The notes beneath the pieces are model-generated. The model made no database searches. It saw nothing but the letters and a program-made list of their open reading frames with translations, and was not told where the DNA came from. Of a DNA stretch of 56,967 bases, positions 1-10,683 are shown piece after piece. The stretch is taken from NCBI RefSeq assembly GCF_004010195.1, contig NC_057720.1, positions 28,597,971 through 28,654,937 on the forward strand. Reading direction: 5' to 3'. The DNA comes from Chiloscyllium plagiosum (lineage: Eukaryota). The position numbers and the translations under genes are program-made. Numbering within the stretch: the stretch's first letter is position 1; every line of letters begins with the position of its first letter.

Positions 1-206
1 TGGAATGAGCTGCCAGAAGATGTGGTAGAGGCTGGTACAATTGCAACATTTAAGAGGCATTTGGATGGGTATATGAATAGGAAGGGTTTGGAGGGATATG
101 GGCCAGGTGCTGGCAGGTGGGACTAGATTGGGTTGGGATATCTGGTCAGCATGGACGGGTTGGACCAAAGGGTCTGTTTCCATGCTGTACATCTCTATGA
201 CTCTAT
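1..206 (+). mobile_element. CR1 LINE (HER1-type) 3' end
   Basis: Encodes WNELPEDVVEAGTIATFKRHLD, followed by the 3' UTR and CTCTATGACTCTAT tail; close to the copies at 29400-29753 and 51480-51670. Confidence 0.9.
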
Positions 207-724
207 CACTTGAAAGGTGATGTATTGGCACTGGAGGGGGTGCAGAGGAGGGTTCACTAGGTTGATTCCAGAGTTGAGAGGGTTGTTTTATGAGGACAGA
301 CTGAGTGGACTGGGTCATTGAAATTTAGAAGAACGGGTGGAGGTATTGCAGAAACAGGTACAACGCTGAATGGAATAAATGAGATAGAAGCAATGAGATT
401 GTTTCCCTGGCAAGTGAAACTAGAAGTAGGGGGCATAATGAGGGAGAACAGATTTAGGACGGAGTTGAGGAGGAACTTCTGTCCCCAAAGGGTTGTGGTT
501 TTGTGGAATTCCCTGCCTAATGAAGCAGTTGAGGCTACCTCATTAAATAGTTTTAAGGCAAAGATAGATTTTTGAACAGCAAAGGAAGGAAGGGTTGTTA
601 TGAACAGCTGGATAAGTGCAGCTCAGTCCACAAAAAGATCAGCCGTGGTCTTATTGAATGGCAGAGCAGGCCCAGTGGGCCAGATGGCCTACTCCTGCTC
701 ATGATTTTTTTATGTTCTTATGTA
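207..724 (+). mobile_element. older CR1 LINE 3' fragment
   Basis: Encodes RRNFCPQRVVVLWNSLPNEAVEATSLNSFKAKIDF (CR1 ORF2 C-terminus); TTATGTTCTTATGT tail. Confidence 0.85.
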
Positions 725-2355
725 TCACGAGGATCCATTCGTGTATGCATCAAAAAATAGAGATGCTGACCAGGAAAGCACGGGTGCCAATCTGCCTGTT
801 TGCTGGAATCTGCTTAAATTGATGCTCTACTAATATTCCCATCATGACAGTCTAAATCACAGCTTTCCCACAAGGAGGTAAAGCTGCACTCAAACAAACT
901 GCTAATCTTCCCTTGCTGCACTGGTACTAATCGATACAACCTGTCCAAAGTTGAATTGCAGCAGGAATGCCTGCTGATTATCCTCTTTGCTGAGGAGCAA
1001 ATGCAATCAATTAGGGGGAGGAAACCTGAGTGATTTTTATATCCTCATGGTTAGAAGGGCAGAGGCAAATTGTATTGCTGATTTGGTTGAGATCTGCTAA
1101 GTCCTCAGAGATCCTAATAAATCCAGGATGATCCTGTCTATATTGTTAATGTTACTTTAGGAAATGCCCTTTCCTCAAGGCTACACTTTGTGTCAGAACA
1201 TTTTCCTTTCTAACCAAGTCTTACTTGTTTGATTAGTGCCTTTTGAAATGCCTTGGCAAATTTTACCATGTTAAAGTGCTATGTAAATGTAAGTTGATGT
1301 TGTTTTGTGTTTGGCAGGAAATCCCAGAAAAGTATGTTTAAAATTAATTTAAAATTTTCTTTCTCTTTTGATTAATTACATTCTTTTTGGCCTGTTATGT
1401 CTGCATCAGGTCTTCAAGTGAGCGTCATTACTTACTGCAAATCTCCAGCTTTTTCCCTTAACCTTGCATATTATTTCTAACCAAATAATCATCACCAAAC
1501 ATTCAGTAGTGCATTATAATTATAATATATCGATTTGTTAAAATGTTCAGTGATGTAAGTGATGTAAACTTAATTTTCAGAGAAGACTAAATAAACTTGC
1601 TGTATTACCTGATGTCAGAGAAAAGCTAACAATACTCATAAAGCTGTATTTAAATGGAATTAATTATTGTGTTTAAGCTAGTGCATGCTTAAAGAGCGTA
1701 AGTAGAAAATGGGATTATAGGTCAAGAACTGGAATCATTGTAACAAAAATTGACAGACACAAATTGAAGTAATGCCAATTGAGAAATTCATCCAGTGGCA
1801 GCGCGGGTGGTGCCGGGTGGTGCTGAGGGTGGAGAAAAGTCACTATTCAATGTCAGTAATTCAGTCAAGTAAGAGAAAAAAGCAATGAGCAAAAAATAAT
1901 GAGAGAGAAAAACAATTTGTTCAAGGCTGTTCTGTTTTCCGGAACTTGAATGTAATAAATGTGGGAATGAATTGCAATTTGCAGAACATTAATATGTTTC
2001 CTGATTATGCCATCTTTCGTGCCTTTGGTCTCTCTTCACTTCCCCTTCCATTCCTGAAGATGCATGGCTTGTGTGCAGCCATTAACAAATAACTGTCTCA
2101 CCTACTAAATGTCTATTCCCCCATGTGAAACCTAAACTGTTAATGTTGGCAGACCTTTTAGCCATGGAGATTATGCAAGATGAGCTGGTGCTTGTCTTCA
2201 GTGAATATTCACGTACACTTTTCACATGAGTCAATGGATAGTCTTCTCACTGCACTGCTGTTACCATTGTGATGTAAATTCAGGGTGAAATTCCTGGGAG
2301 GGAAGCCAGTTTTGAGGTTATAAAATGTCAATGGTTTAAATTACATACTTAATGT

Positions 2356-2680
2356 GAGCATCACAGTGGCTCAGTGGTTAGCACAGTGCCTCACAGCGCC
2401 GGGGACCTGGGTTTGATTCCATCCTCAGGTAACTGTCTGTGTGGAGTTTGAACATTATCCCTGTGTCTGTGCTCTGGTTTTCTCCCACAATCCAAAGATG
2501 TGCAGGTTAGGTGAATTAGTCATGCTAAATTGCCCATAGTGTTCAGGGATGTGTGTGTTAGGTGCATTAGTCAGGGGTAAGTATAGGGGAAGGGGTCTGT
2601 GTGGGTTACTCTTCAGAAGGTTGGTGTCGATTTGTTGGACCGAAAGGCCTGTTTTCACACTGTGGGGATTCTATGACTCT
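2356..2680 (+). mobile_element. tRNA-derived SINE (HE1-like)
   Basis: A box TGGCTCAGTGG and B box GGTTTGATTCC, V-SINE-like core, CR1-shared tail (GGCCTGTTTTCACACTG...CTATGACTCT). Confidence 0.9.
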
Positions 2681-2711
2681 TTAAATTCTTGATCCAGTCT
2701 TAAATATAAAT

Positions 2712-2939
2712 GAGCTGAAAATGTGTTGCTGGAAAAGCGCAGCAGGTCAGGCAGCATCCAAGGAACAGGAGAATCGACGTTTTGGGCATAAGCCCTTCTT
2801 CAGGAAGCCCTTCCTGAAGAAAGGCTTATGCCCGAAACGTCGATTCTCCTGTTCCTTGGATGCTGCCTGACCTGCTGCGCTTTTCCAGCAACACATTTTA
2901 AGCTCTGATCTCCAGCATCTGCAGCCCTCACTTTCTCCT
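2712..2939 (+). mobile_element. Penelope-like element: ORF-less inverted pseudo-LTR pair
   Basis: Arms of ~95 bp (2712-2806 and 2811-2905) are inverted around a GCCC spacer, followed by a ~34 nt tail. Flanking duplication CTTAAATAT(A/G)AATGA at 2699-2713 and 2938-2952. Same sequence as the pLTR joined to the GIY-YIG C-terminus at 28319-28825. Confidence 0.85.
2811..2846 (+). ncRNA. minimal hammerhead ribozyme motif (PLE pLTR)
   Basis: CUGAAGA A AGGC UUAU GCCC GAAACGUC, with one stem II mismatch. The mirror copy at 2771-2806 (-) has GAAA changed to AAAA. Confidence 0.65.
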
Positions 2940-3717
2940 TAAATATGAATGACACCTGGCTGAAAGGTAAATACCTGCCCAGTGATTTCAAGATATTTTA
3001 ATTTCACTTCTCTTATACATGTTTTTGTTCAATACTTTCTCTTTACTAGTTGGGATTTCATTGTTGAATGCATGGATTTGAAGCTTTGACTTGACAACCT
3101 ACAAAATTGTTTTACTTCAGTTTATAGACTCCTGAAATCCCTACATAATCCAATCATAGTGTTTCTTGCCATACTGCAAAGACCCAACACCGTTTCAGAT
3201 GAAATATTGATTTGATTAAAATTAGTCATTCCCCATTTTATATCTGAATATATTTGACTAAACATGGAAGACCTGTTATCTGGCTAGACTAGATCCTTTT
3301 AAGACTATGGCCATTTTTTCTGTATTTGTAAGTATTAAACATTTAAGGAAGGAATTGTCAGGACTACTCAGTGATTTGAAAACTAGTGTGATCTGTGGAT
3401 TATGGGCACTGCTGTTGTTACATGGACCTTTGCCTGAACCCATTTAAATTATCATCTGTCTGCTCCAGTTTAATAACCTTTGCTTTGTTTATAAGTGATG
3501 TAAAACCTTGTTTTAGTTACTTGTCATCATATGACCCAACGCCTCATCTATCTCTACTAGAGATTACTGTTCATAAAGTAATAAAACAGGATCATCGGTT
3601 ATTCGCTGTGCGAACATAGGCAAAGTTTATTGCTTCTACAGATTTCACTTGACTTGGAACTCTCTTAGGGACTGGAAACTTACATTTTGTCTTTAATTTA
3701 AATTTTAATCTTTTTAG

Positions 3718-3806
3718 ACAGATGCAAGCAAGAGTGTGAAGGTGTTAATCTGATAGATTCAGGAGGTCTGGCTGATTTACCTGGAAAACCGCTGAGAAGA
3801 TGGCAG
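3718..3806 (+). CDS. probable upstream exon of the GDNF-family ligand gene
   Basis: Acceptor TTTTAATCTTTTTAG|3718 and donor CAG|GTACGA after 3806. Open frame RCKQECEGVNLIDSGGLADLPGKPLRRWQ joins in phase 0 to acceptor AAG|4357 (ATYWTLAIF). This resembles the ARTN N-terminus (GGL...PRQQ|PALWPTL) and NRTN MQRWK. Confidence 0.5.
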
Positions 3807-4338
3807 GTACGAATTTTAAAAATAATTCCAATTCTTCTGAGATCAAGAATTTGTTATAATCTGTTGTGGTCTGAAATCCTGAATGTTGCAAAACCCTGTC
3901 CCAGCCACCTTTCTCCTCTTTTGGAGATCAGTGACTCTTAATCTATTGTATTTTGAGAATCTACTGTAGACTTTAAACAATCGGCTTCGGGTGCTTTTGT
4001 ACACACGCCAGACCTGTGCTTTAACTACTTTGCAATGAAAAATTGGTTACCTGGTACTTTCAGGCAGACTGAGCCCCTCTGACAAAAGTGCTTAATGCAG
4101 CCAATATGTCAATGTGATGATACAGTCCAAACCTACTGTTAAATTCCAAATGATTCTGTTTGTTGCTGATAGTTTGCTTTGAAGGGGAGGTTGGCTTAGT
4201 TTCTTTGATGCTGTTCCAAATCTTCTTGAACTTGGCCTTTAGAAATAAGCCTCATTTTGTGTCAAAGCCTGAACGCTGTCATATGAGAGCAAAGGAGAAC
4301 CATTTCTGTCTGATTTTATCTTTAAAATTTTATTTATT

Positions 4339-4603
4339 ATGGCTCTTGTCTTGAAGGCTACTTACTGGACACTGGCCATCTTTCTATCCCTGATTGCAAG
4401 TACAATTGCTTCATCCAAAGAGGAGAATTGGTTTCCAGTGAATAACCCGCAATCCAGAGAGATACCAGCTCAGGACAAGAAAGTTTCCATCAGTAGGACT
4501 TCAATGGAAAGTCAAGAACCTGTGGAGAGTCAACGATCCCTGGAAAGTAAGACTGATGAGAGAAGGGAATTGCCAACTCAATCTGTCTGGCCTACTGTGC
4601 ATT
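4339..4603 (+). CDS. GDNF-family ligand (persephin/artemin-like): signal peptide + pro-region exon
   Basis: ORF MALVLKATYWTLAIFLSLIASTIA has a hydrophobic signal peptide followed by a polar pro-region. Donor CATT|GTAAGT has its GT at 4604 (phase 1), matching the phase-1 acceptor at 10226 (T+AT = Tyr). The exon may instead start at acceptor TTGAAG|4357. ATG4339 plus the last exon gives 240 aa. Confidence 0.8.
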
Positions 4604-5111
4604 GTAAGTATGGCAAATTGATCATAAAACAGTAGTGAGGAAACAGTTAGTATTTGAATCAATAGAAGTAGCCTGAAAATATAATCCCTGTGAAGAGACT
4701 ATACTTGCAGGGCAACAGGGAAAACATAAAAAGTGGAATTAGCTCTAATAGAGAGCTAGAATGGGTATGAGGATCCAACTGGCCTCCCTTTGTGCTGTAA
4801 CCATTCTGTGATGATTTCACAGTCTGTTTCACTACAAAGAAGGCAGTCAACTTGAAATCAGATGATCATCAACAATACTCTGTAATTACCTGCTGGGTGA
4901 TGCACAAAAATAGATTTGATTTCTGCCTAACTTTCCTTAATATGTAGAAAACTCTTTCCTTTCACTGCTTGTAGCGTTTCTCTCTTCCAGACAGTTTGGG
5001 GTGAATTGGGAGCTGAGCAGCTGAAAAATCATAAGCAGATGTCCCAGCGATAAATAACTGCAGAGGTATAGGTCATTTCCGTTTTTCCATTTCTCTTTGA
5101 AATTTTCTTAG

Positions 5112-5585
5112 ATCATAGAATATAGGAGCAGAAATAGGGTATTCAGTCTACTGAGTCTGCTACACCATTCCATCATGGCAGACATGTTTCTAAACCCCAT
5201 TCTCCTGGCTTCTCCCCATAACTCTTGAGCTCTTTACCAATCAAGAACCTATCTATCTCTGTTTTAAATGCACCCAATGACTTGGTCTCCACAGCCCTCT
5301 TTGGAAATGAGTTCCACAGATTCCTCACCCTCTGGCTGAAGAAATTCCTCTCATCTCAGTTCTAAAAGATAATCCCATCACTTTGCCATCAGGTCGTAGT
5401 CTCTCCTATTAAACAAAACATGTTATCCACATCCACTCTATCCATGCCTCTCAGTATTTTGTCAGTTCAGTCCAATTTCACCTCCCCCCCCACCATCCTT
5501 CTAAATGTTTTTGAATATAGACCCTGAGTCTTCAATAGAGTTCCTCATATGAGAAGCCCTTTATCCCCAGGATTATTTTTATTAA
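5112..5585 (-). mobile_element. CR1 LINE 3' fragment (intronic)
   Basis: Reverse complement gives the CR1 C-terminus (F.SQRVRNLWNSFPKRAVE) and a CR1-type 3' tail. Confidence 0.8.
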
Positions 5586-5687
5586 CAATAGAACTGCTGG
5601 ATTATGTACATTATGCTTCAGTAAAAGGAAGCGAGGCGTCACCACCCTTCTCTTCTCGGCCTCATCACTGTCCTCAGCCCTCCCCCT

Positions 5688-6300
5688 TGAGATGATACTC
5701 CTCCTTTAACAAGGTTATTCTGTCCTTTCTTTTCAGATAGGTTGTAAAGGGAGTTGTTCTGAAATGTCTGGAAATATCTACTTGAAAAAGCTTTTAAGTG
5801 TTTTTCTTTTAAAAAAAACTTAACCAATGAAAGGGGAGTGGCCAGTCCTCCAAGTTCAGGGATGGTTTGGTTTGGTTTTAGGAAATTGTTTTGTTTGCAG
5901 CTACTGGTCAAGTTTTAGCTGGGGACCCAAAGAAACAGCTTCATGCTAATCTTCTCTCTCTGTGACATCTCTCCTGTAAGAACATGTTTTTGATTTTTAC
6001 CTTTTTTTTTGCCAAGGGGGTATTTATGAGGATGTTGCAATATTTGGAACCACATCATTCAGTGGTGATAGAGTTGATTGGGTTTTCAGATCAGTTAAAT
6101 TATTCTAAATTTGGTTTTCTTTTGTTCATGTTTCATTCAGTAATTTGTAAAAAAAATGCTGTTTTGTTTAAAACCGTGAGGTTGGCCCAGCTGCCTCACT
6201 CCTGAAATATCCACCTCACTCCTGCTTAAAACAACTATGAAAGTTAGGGTCTGGACTACTTTCTTGAACTGTTTTCAGGGGTCTGGCCTGGTCCATAACA
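5688..6300 (+). mobile_element. solo LTR (intronic)
   Basis: Termini TGAGATG...CATAACA, flanked by 4-bp TSD CCCT (5684-5687 and 6301-6304). Confidence 0.7.
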
Positions 6301-7334
6301 CCCTGCAACAGTAGCTTTTGTCTGTGGCAGAGCAGCAAGGGTGTGTGAGAGAGAACCTGTTATTGGGTGATGCTGAAGCAGCAGCTATGGAGAAGCCAAT
6401 CTGTGAGAAGCTCCTCATAATTTCTGTCTCTTATACTTGCTTACTGTTCCTCCAATCAAGCTAGGTTGTTCCACTTCCTAGACCTTTGTTTGTTCAGTTC
6501 TGGCCCAGAGCAACTGTAATACATAGAATTATTATATGGAGGCAACCTTTCTTGTCATTACTTTTCTGCAGGTTGGTGAATTCATCCACCAACCCCATCT
6601 ATTTTGAACCCTGCTCCTAGATATGGCCTGGGTTATGTCCAGAATAAAACTGTTCTGTGCCAAGGAAACATTCCATTACTCAAACATCAAAGAAGCATCC
6701 TCAGAGAAAACTATGGTGAATTTTTGCATTTTCCACCTAGATTTATTGTAGTATTCTATCAGGCTGTGTTTACGCACTATCAATTCATGGCAAACCATGC
6801 ATCCTTGGGTTGTGAACCTACATAATGATGTGGAGCTGGATTATCTTTATTTTAATTCACCTTTGTTAGAATCTATGTTGTGAGGAGAGGAAATTATTTT
6901 TCTATGCTGGATTCAAGCAGAAGGAGTGTTCAAAATTTACCTCATCATGAAACCAAAAGTGTTTCTGTTTCCAATTGATTCTGTTGGACCCATTTTAATC
7001 ATGGTTAAATATTTCTTTTCATTTGAAGCAATTTAATATATTTTCAAAATAACACTGAGACAGTCTTGATCCCTCACACCCACAATTTGGCAAATCAATA
7101 ATACCATCTAAAGAAGGAAAGGTCAGTCAGTGCATCAAGTTCATTTAAACCATGAGAAAATGTGTAATTACTACATCAGGAAAGCTAGTTTTCACTTCCG
7201 TTGTTCAGCATTAACAGGTCAAAGTGGCTTCAATATATTATCGATAACATTGCAATCATTGCCAAAAAGGCAAGCAACAATTTGATAAGTGCCTTTTTAA
7301 TTTGCTCTTTTGATTTTGTTGGCTAAACCACCAT

Positions 7335-7620
7335 TTATTGAGTTAGGAAACACCCACATTGCTGTGGGTCTGGAGACACATGTGAGCTAGACTAGGTAGG
7401 ATGACAGATTTCCTTTATGAAAGGAAATTAAAAGACCAGATGGGTTTTTACAACCATAAATAGTCGTTATGTAGTTGTCATTAGACCTCCCTTCTATTCC
7501 AGTTAGATTAATTGAATTCCAATTTCTTCAACTACCATTTTGGCATATAAACCTCATCCTCAAATCATTAAACTGGGGTTCTGGATTCCTAGCTCAGTGA
7601 CATTATCATGATGCCATTGC
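7335..7620. repeat. interspersed repeat, second copy at ~26440-26730
   Basis: Shared ATTGCTGTGGGTCTGGA...AGATTTCCTT...TCAGTGACATTA blocks between the two loci. Confidence 0.65.
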
Positions 7621-8369
7621 CTTCCTGCTTAACAGAACTCCCAAAGCAGCTGCCCGTTTACTGCATGCATTTGGGATCCATGAGATGTAAGTTCAATTTT
7701 TAGGCTGGAGTGGATCAGAGCACAAAACCATGCAGATGCTGACTTGTTCAACACGTAATGAAACTAAAGAACTGCAACCTAGGTAAGTTTTTCCATGGGA
7801 TTCGGAGGAGCCCAAATGCCAACTCACTACCCTTCTACCTCCAATTCTCCCCGTCACTAGCACCACTTGTTGATCTCCTACTTCACGTCGCACTAAATTT
7901 CTTCCCTTTAGTTTATCCCCAAATTATCAAAAGGTGGTGTTAGTACCTCTCTGATCCTCAGTTTCCGCCCTCCAACCACAACCAGCAGATATATACCTAG
8001 CTCCCTTACAAATCTATCCATTCACTTTGAAGGTAGTGCCTCCTGAGGGAATCATTTCCATGTAACTCATAATCTCTGGGAAGAAGATTATTTTCCTAAT
8101 TCTTTTGACTTATTGGAACTTGTCAATGTTGTCTTGTTGCTCGCAAAAATGTTGTCTCGTCTTGTGCTTATTCTCTAACTTAACAAATATATGTACTTCA
8201 ATGTTGACCAATTCCTTTTTTTGTTACTTTTTATTTTAAAACACCACAGTTTTCTCACCTATTCTTCTCTTTTCCAATGCAAGGCTGTTTAGTTACTTTT
8301 TACATAATTAGGTTCTGTCAGGTTTGAAAACATCCTGATCAATCTTGATCCACAGCTTACCTTAACACA

Positions 8370-8515
8370 AAATAAAAGCAAAGCACCTAGAAACTCACCA
8401 GGTCTTGCATAAAGTTCTGAGGAAGGATCACTCAACCGGAAACATTAACTCTGACTTCTCTCCACAGATGCTGCCAAATCTGCTGAGCTATTCCAGTAAT
8501 TTCTGTTTTTGTTCT
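8370..8515 (+). mobile_element. Penelope-like pLTR, second family, degenerate hammerhead
   Basis: CTGAGGAAGGATCACTCAACCGGAAACATTAACTCTG...CAGATGCTGCC...TTCCAG, preceded by a short inverted partial arm. Confidence 0.6.
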
Positions 8516-10225
8516 TGAGTAATGCAGGTCCAATGTAACACTCTTTCTTTCCTCGTACAGTGCTAACTGTTCATAAACTTACCTGTGTTTTTGAGATATT
8601 CAATTATGACATCTTATAATACAGCCAGAGGTATCATTTAATCTTTTCCTTTAGTTGTTTTAATTTACAAGTAAGTTTTCCGATCATTTACCCAAAGCCA
8701 CTTCGGGAGTATTTCATTTCAGTCTGAAAAATGCCATACTAATAATGCAAGATTATGTCTTGAGAGTGGGCAAAACACTTTGATAGAAGTGTTGTAAAAA
8801 ATGATTTGTTCATCATTTGCTGTCATCAATTGAGGGCTGAGGACTAATTTTAACATTGTGGTAATAATGAAAGTTGGAGTGAATAGCAAACTGGTTTTTA
8901 AATGGATGACCCATTTATCATTTAAAATCATTTGGCAAAATAGGAAACAATAACCATGGGGATACAAATAATTGAGGAAACTGCAGGTCATAAAATGGTT
9001 AACGATATCAGCAGATTTGAAATAACATTCTTGTAGTTTAAGTCAGTTCCACCTTTTGGATATTTTAAGCATTTCCAAGTGTCTGGCTTCCACTCACATC
9101 TGCATGTTATTCTCTGTTGCAAGTTCTATAAATAGAAAAGTGTTGGCTAATGCAATTGATGACTCAATTACATTTTACTGACAGTGAAACAGTGTCGGAA
9201 GTATCAACACTTGTATCTAGTACAAGCACTGTGTTAAAATCTGAGGGAGTGCCGTCCTTCCACTGCTTCTGAGTGCCTCAGAGAAACAAGCTTCGGCAGT
9301 ATTTTCATGAGCCCAAGAGCAATTTACACATTTTCCTCTTTAAACATGAAACATTCAGCCTAAGGGCAATGAGAGAAAAGACACATTAAAAAAAAAACAA
9401 TGAGAAAAATTAACACAGGCGGAGGTTTAGAATGCTGTCAGCCAAATCTAACCCAGTAGCTAGTGAAGCAGTGCTTGTCAGACAATGAGATTATTCCAGA
9501 AAGTTTTATTTGGTGACATCATCACTTGTAATAGCAATCTTTAGGATCGGAATTTGTTGCTGCACACAACTATATTTTAAATGAAAACAGAATGTGCTGG
9601 AAATACTTAGAACTGACAAAATGTCTTTGAAATGTTTAATTGAGCTAGATTTTCCCTATCAAGACCGGTAGTTTGAGTATAAAGTGGTCCTTTATGTTCT
9701 ACTATTGTTCTAGGGAGCAGTGATTTAATAGAGGCAGGCATGCTGACCCCAGAAGCAGATTGATGTTGGTCATAGGAGCAATTGAGTACTGAGTTGGGCC
9801 GACAATAGGGCTCAGTTCAATTCTTTAGCACTTTGTCCAGATTATTTGGTTTTATTTTAGGCAGAGTAGCCCTCAAACCATACCCCCTCACCACCCACCA
9901 CCTCCATGATATTTCCATGTACCTATGCCAACTCTTACCCCTACGAATCATCATGGCTCTTTATAGACCTCATAATAAGGCAAGTGTGCATAACAAAGCA
10001 CGTTGAAAGCCGAGTCTCTTAGAAAAAGATTTTGAGAAGAATTTTGTTTACACAGGTGTAATTTTTAACGTTTACACAACTTGACATTAGTCATTGCTAC
10101 AGAGGAATTGATTTCCTGCAAACATGCATGCCATCTAAACAAACTGAATTGATATGTATCTCTGTACTGTAATTTCACTGGAGAAGCCATGGTTCTTTAC
10201 TATTTTAAAATTCTCCTTTTTACAG

Positions 10226-10683
10226 ATCAGACTGCAATATTAAACAGACTTGGAGAATTTGCAGAGGATGTGCGAAGCCGCTATGGACGATCACCAGGCA
10301 GTTCACATAAAGGCAAAGAACGATCAAAGACCTCACGAAGAAATAGACGGAGAGGATCCAGGAAAATGAAAAAAAATAAAAGTGAATGCCATATCAATAC
10401 CTTAAAGCTCAAAGTTGAAGACCTGGGACTTGGTTATAAATCAGAAGAGATTGTAGATTTCAAATATTGCAGTGGAAATTGTCCACGCTACGAGTCGAAT
10501 TATGACCTAACACTGTCCAAAATGTTAAATAAAAATGGGATTCTTTCTAATACTGATGAGATAGTGATCAATCATCCATGCTGCAGACCAAGCAAATATA
10601 CAGATATCGCCTTTCTGGATTTGCAAAACCAGTGGCAGATAATCACGAATGTCTCTGCAGTTGAATGCATGTGTCAGGGATGA
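10226..10683 (+). CDS. GDNF-family ligand, last coding exon (furin site + mature cystine-knot domain)
   Basis: Acceptor TTCTCCTTTTTACAG|10226. RYGR|SP furin-type site (10279-10290) and a basic RRNRRR stretch. Seven-cysteine TGF-beta/GDNF knot with family motifs LGLGY, FKYCSGNC, PCCRP and SAVECMC; stop TGA(TGA). SEE, CPR and YTDIAFLD..WQ resemble persephin; NYDL and NHPCCRP resemble fish artemin. Confidence 0.95.

Noticed and set aside
2356..2425. tRNA gene
   Set aside because: A/B boxes run directly into the SINE body and CR1-type tail; no complete cloverleaf
2712..2939. MITE or pre-miRNA hairpin
   Set aside because: Arms are PLE pLTR sequence with an asymmetric 3' tail and a long TSD, unlike DNA-transposon TIRs; small-RNA production cannot be judged from sequence
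10189..10225. ATG10189 as the GFL start codon
   Set aside because: Lies in the polypyrimidine tract upstream of a good acceptor; the spliced model supplies a proper signal peptide and pro-region
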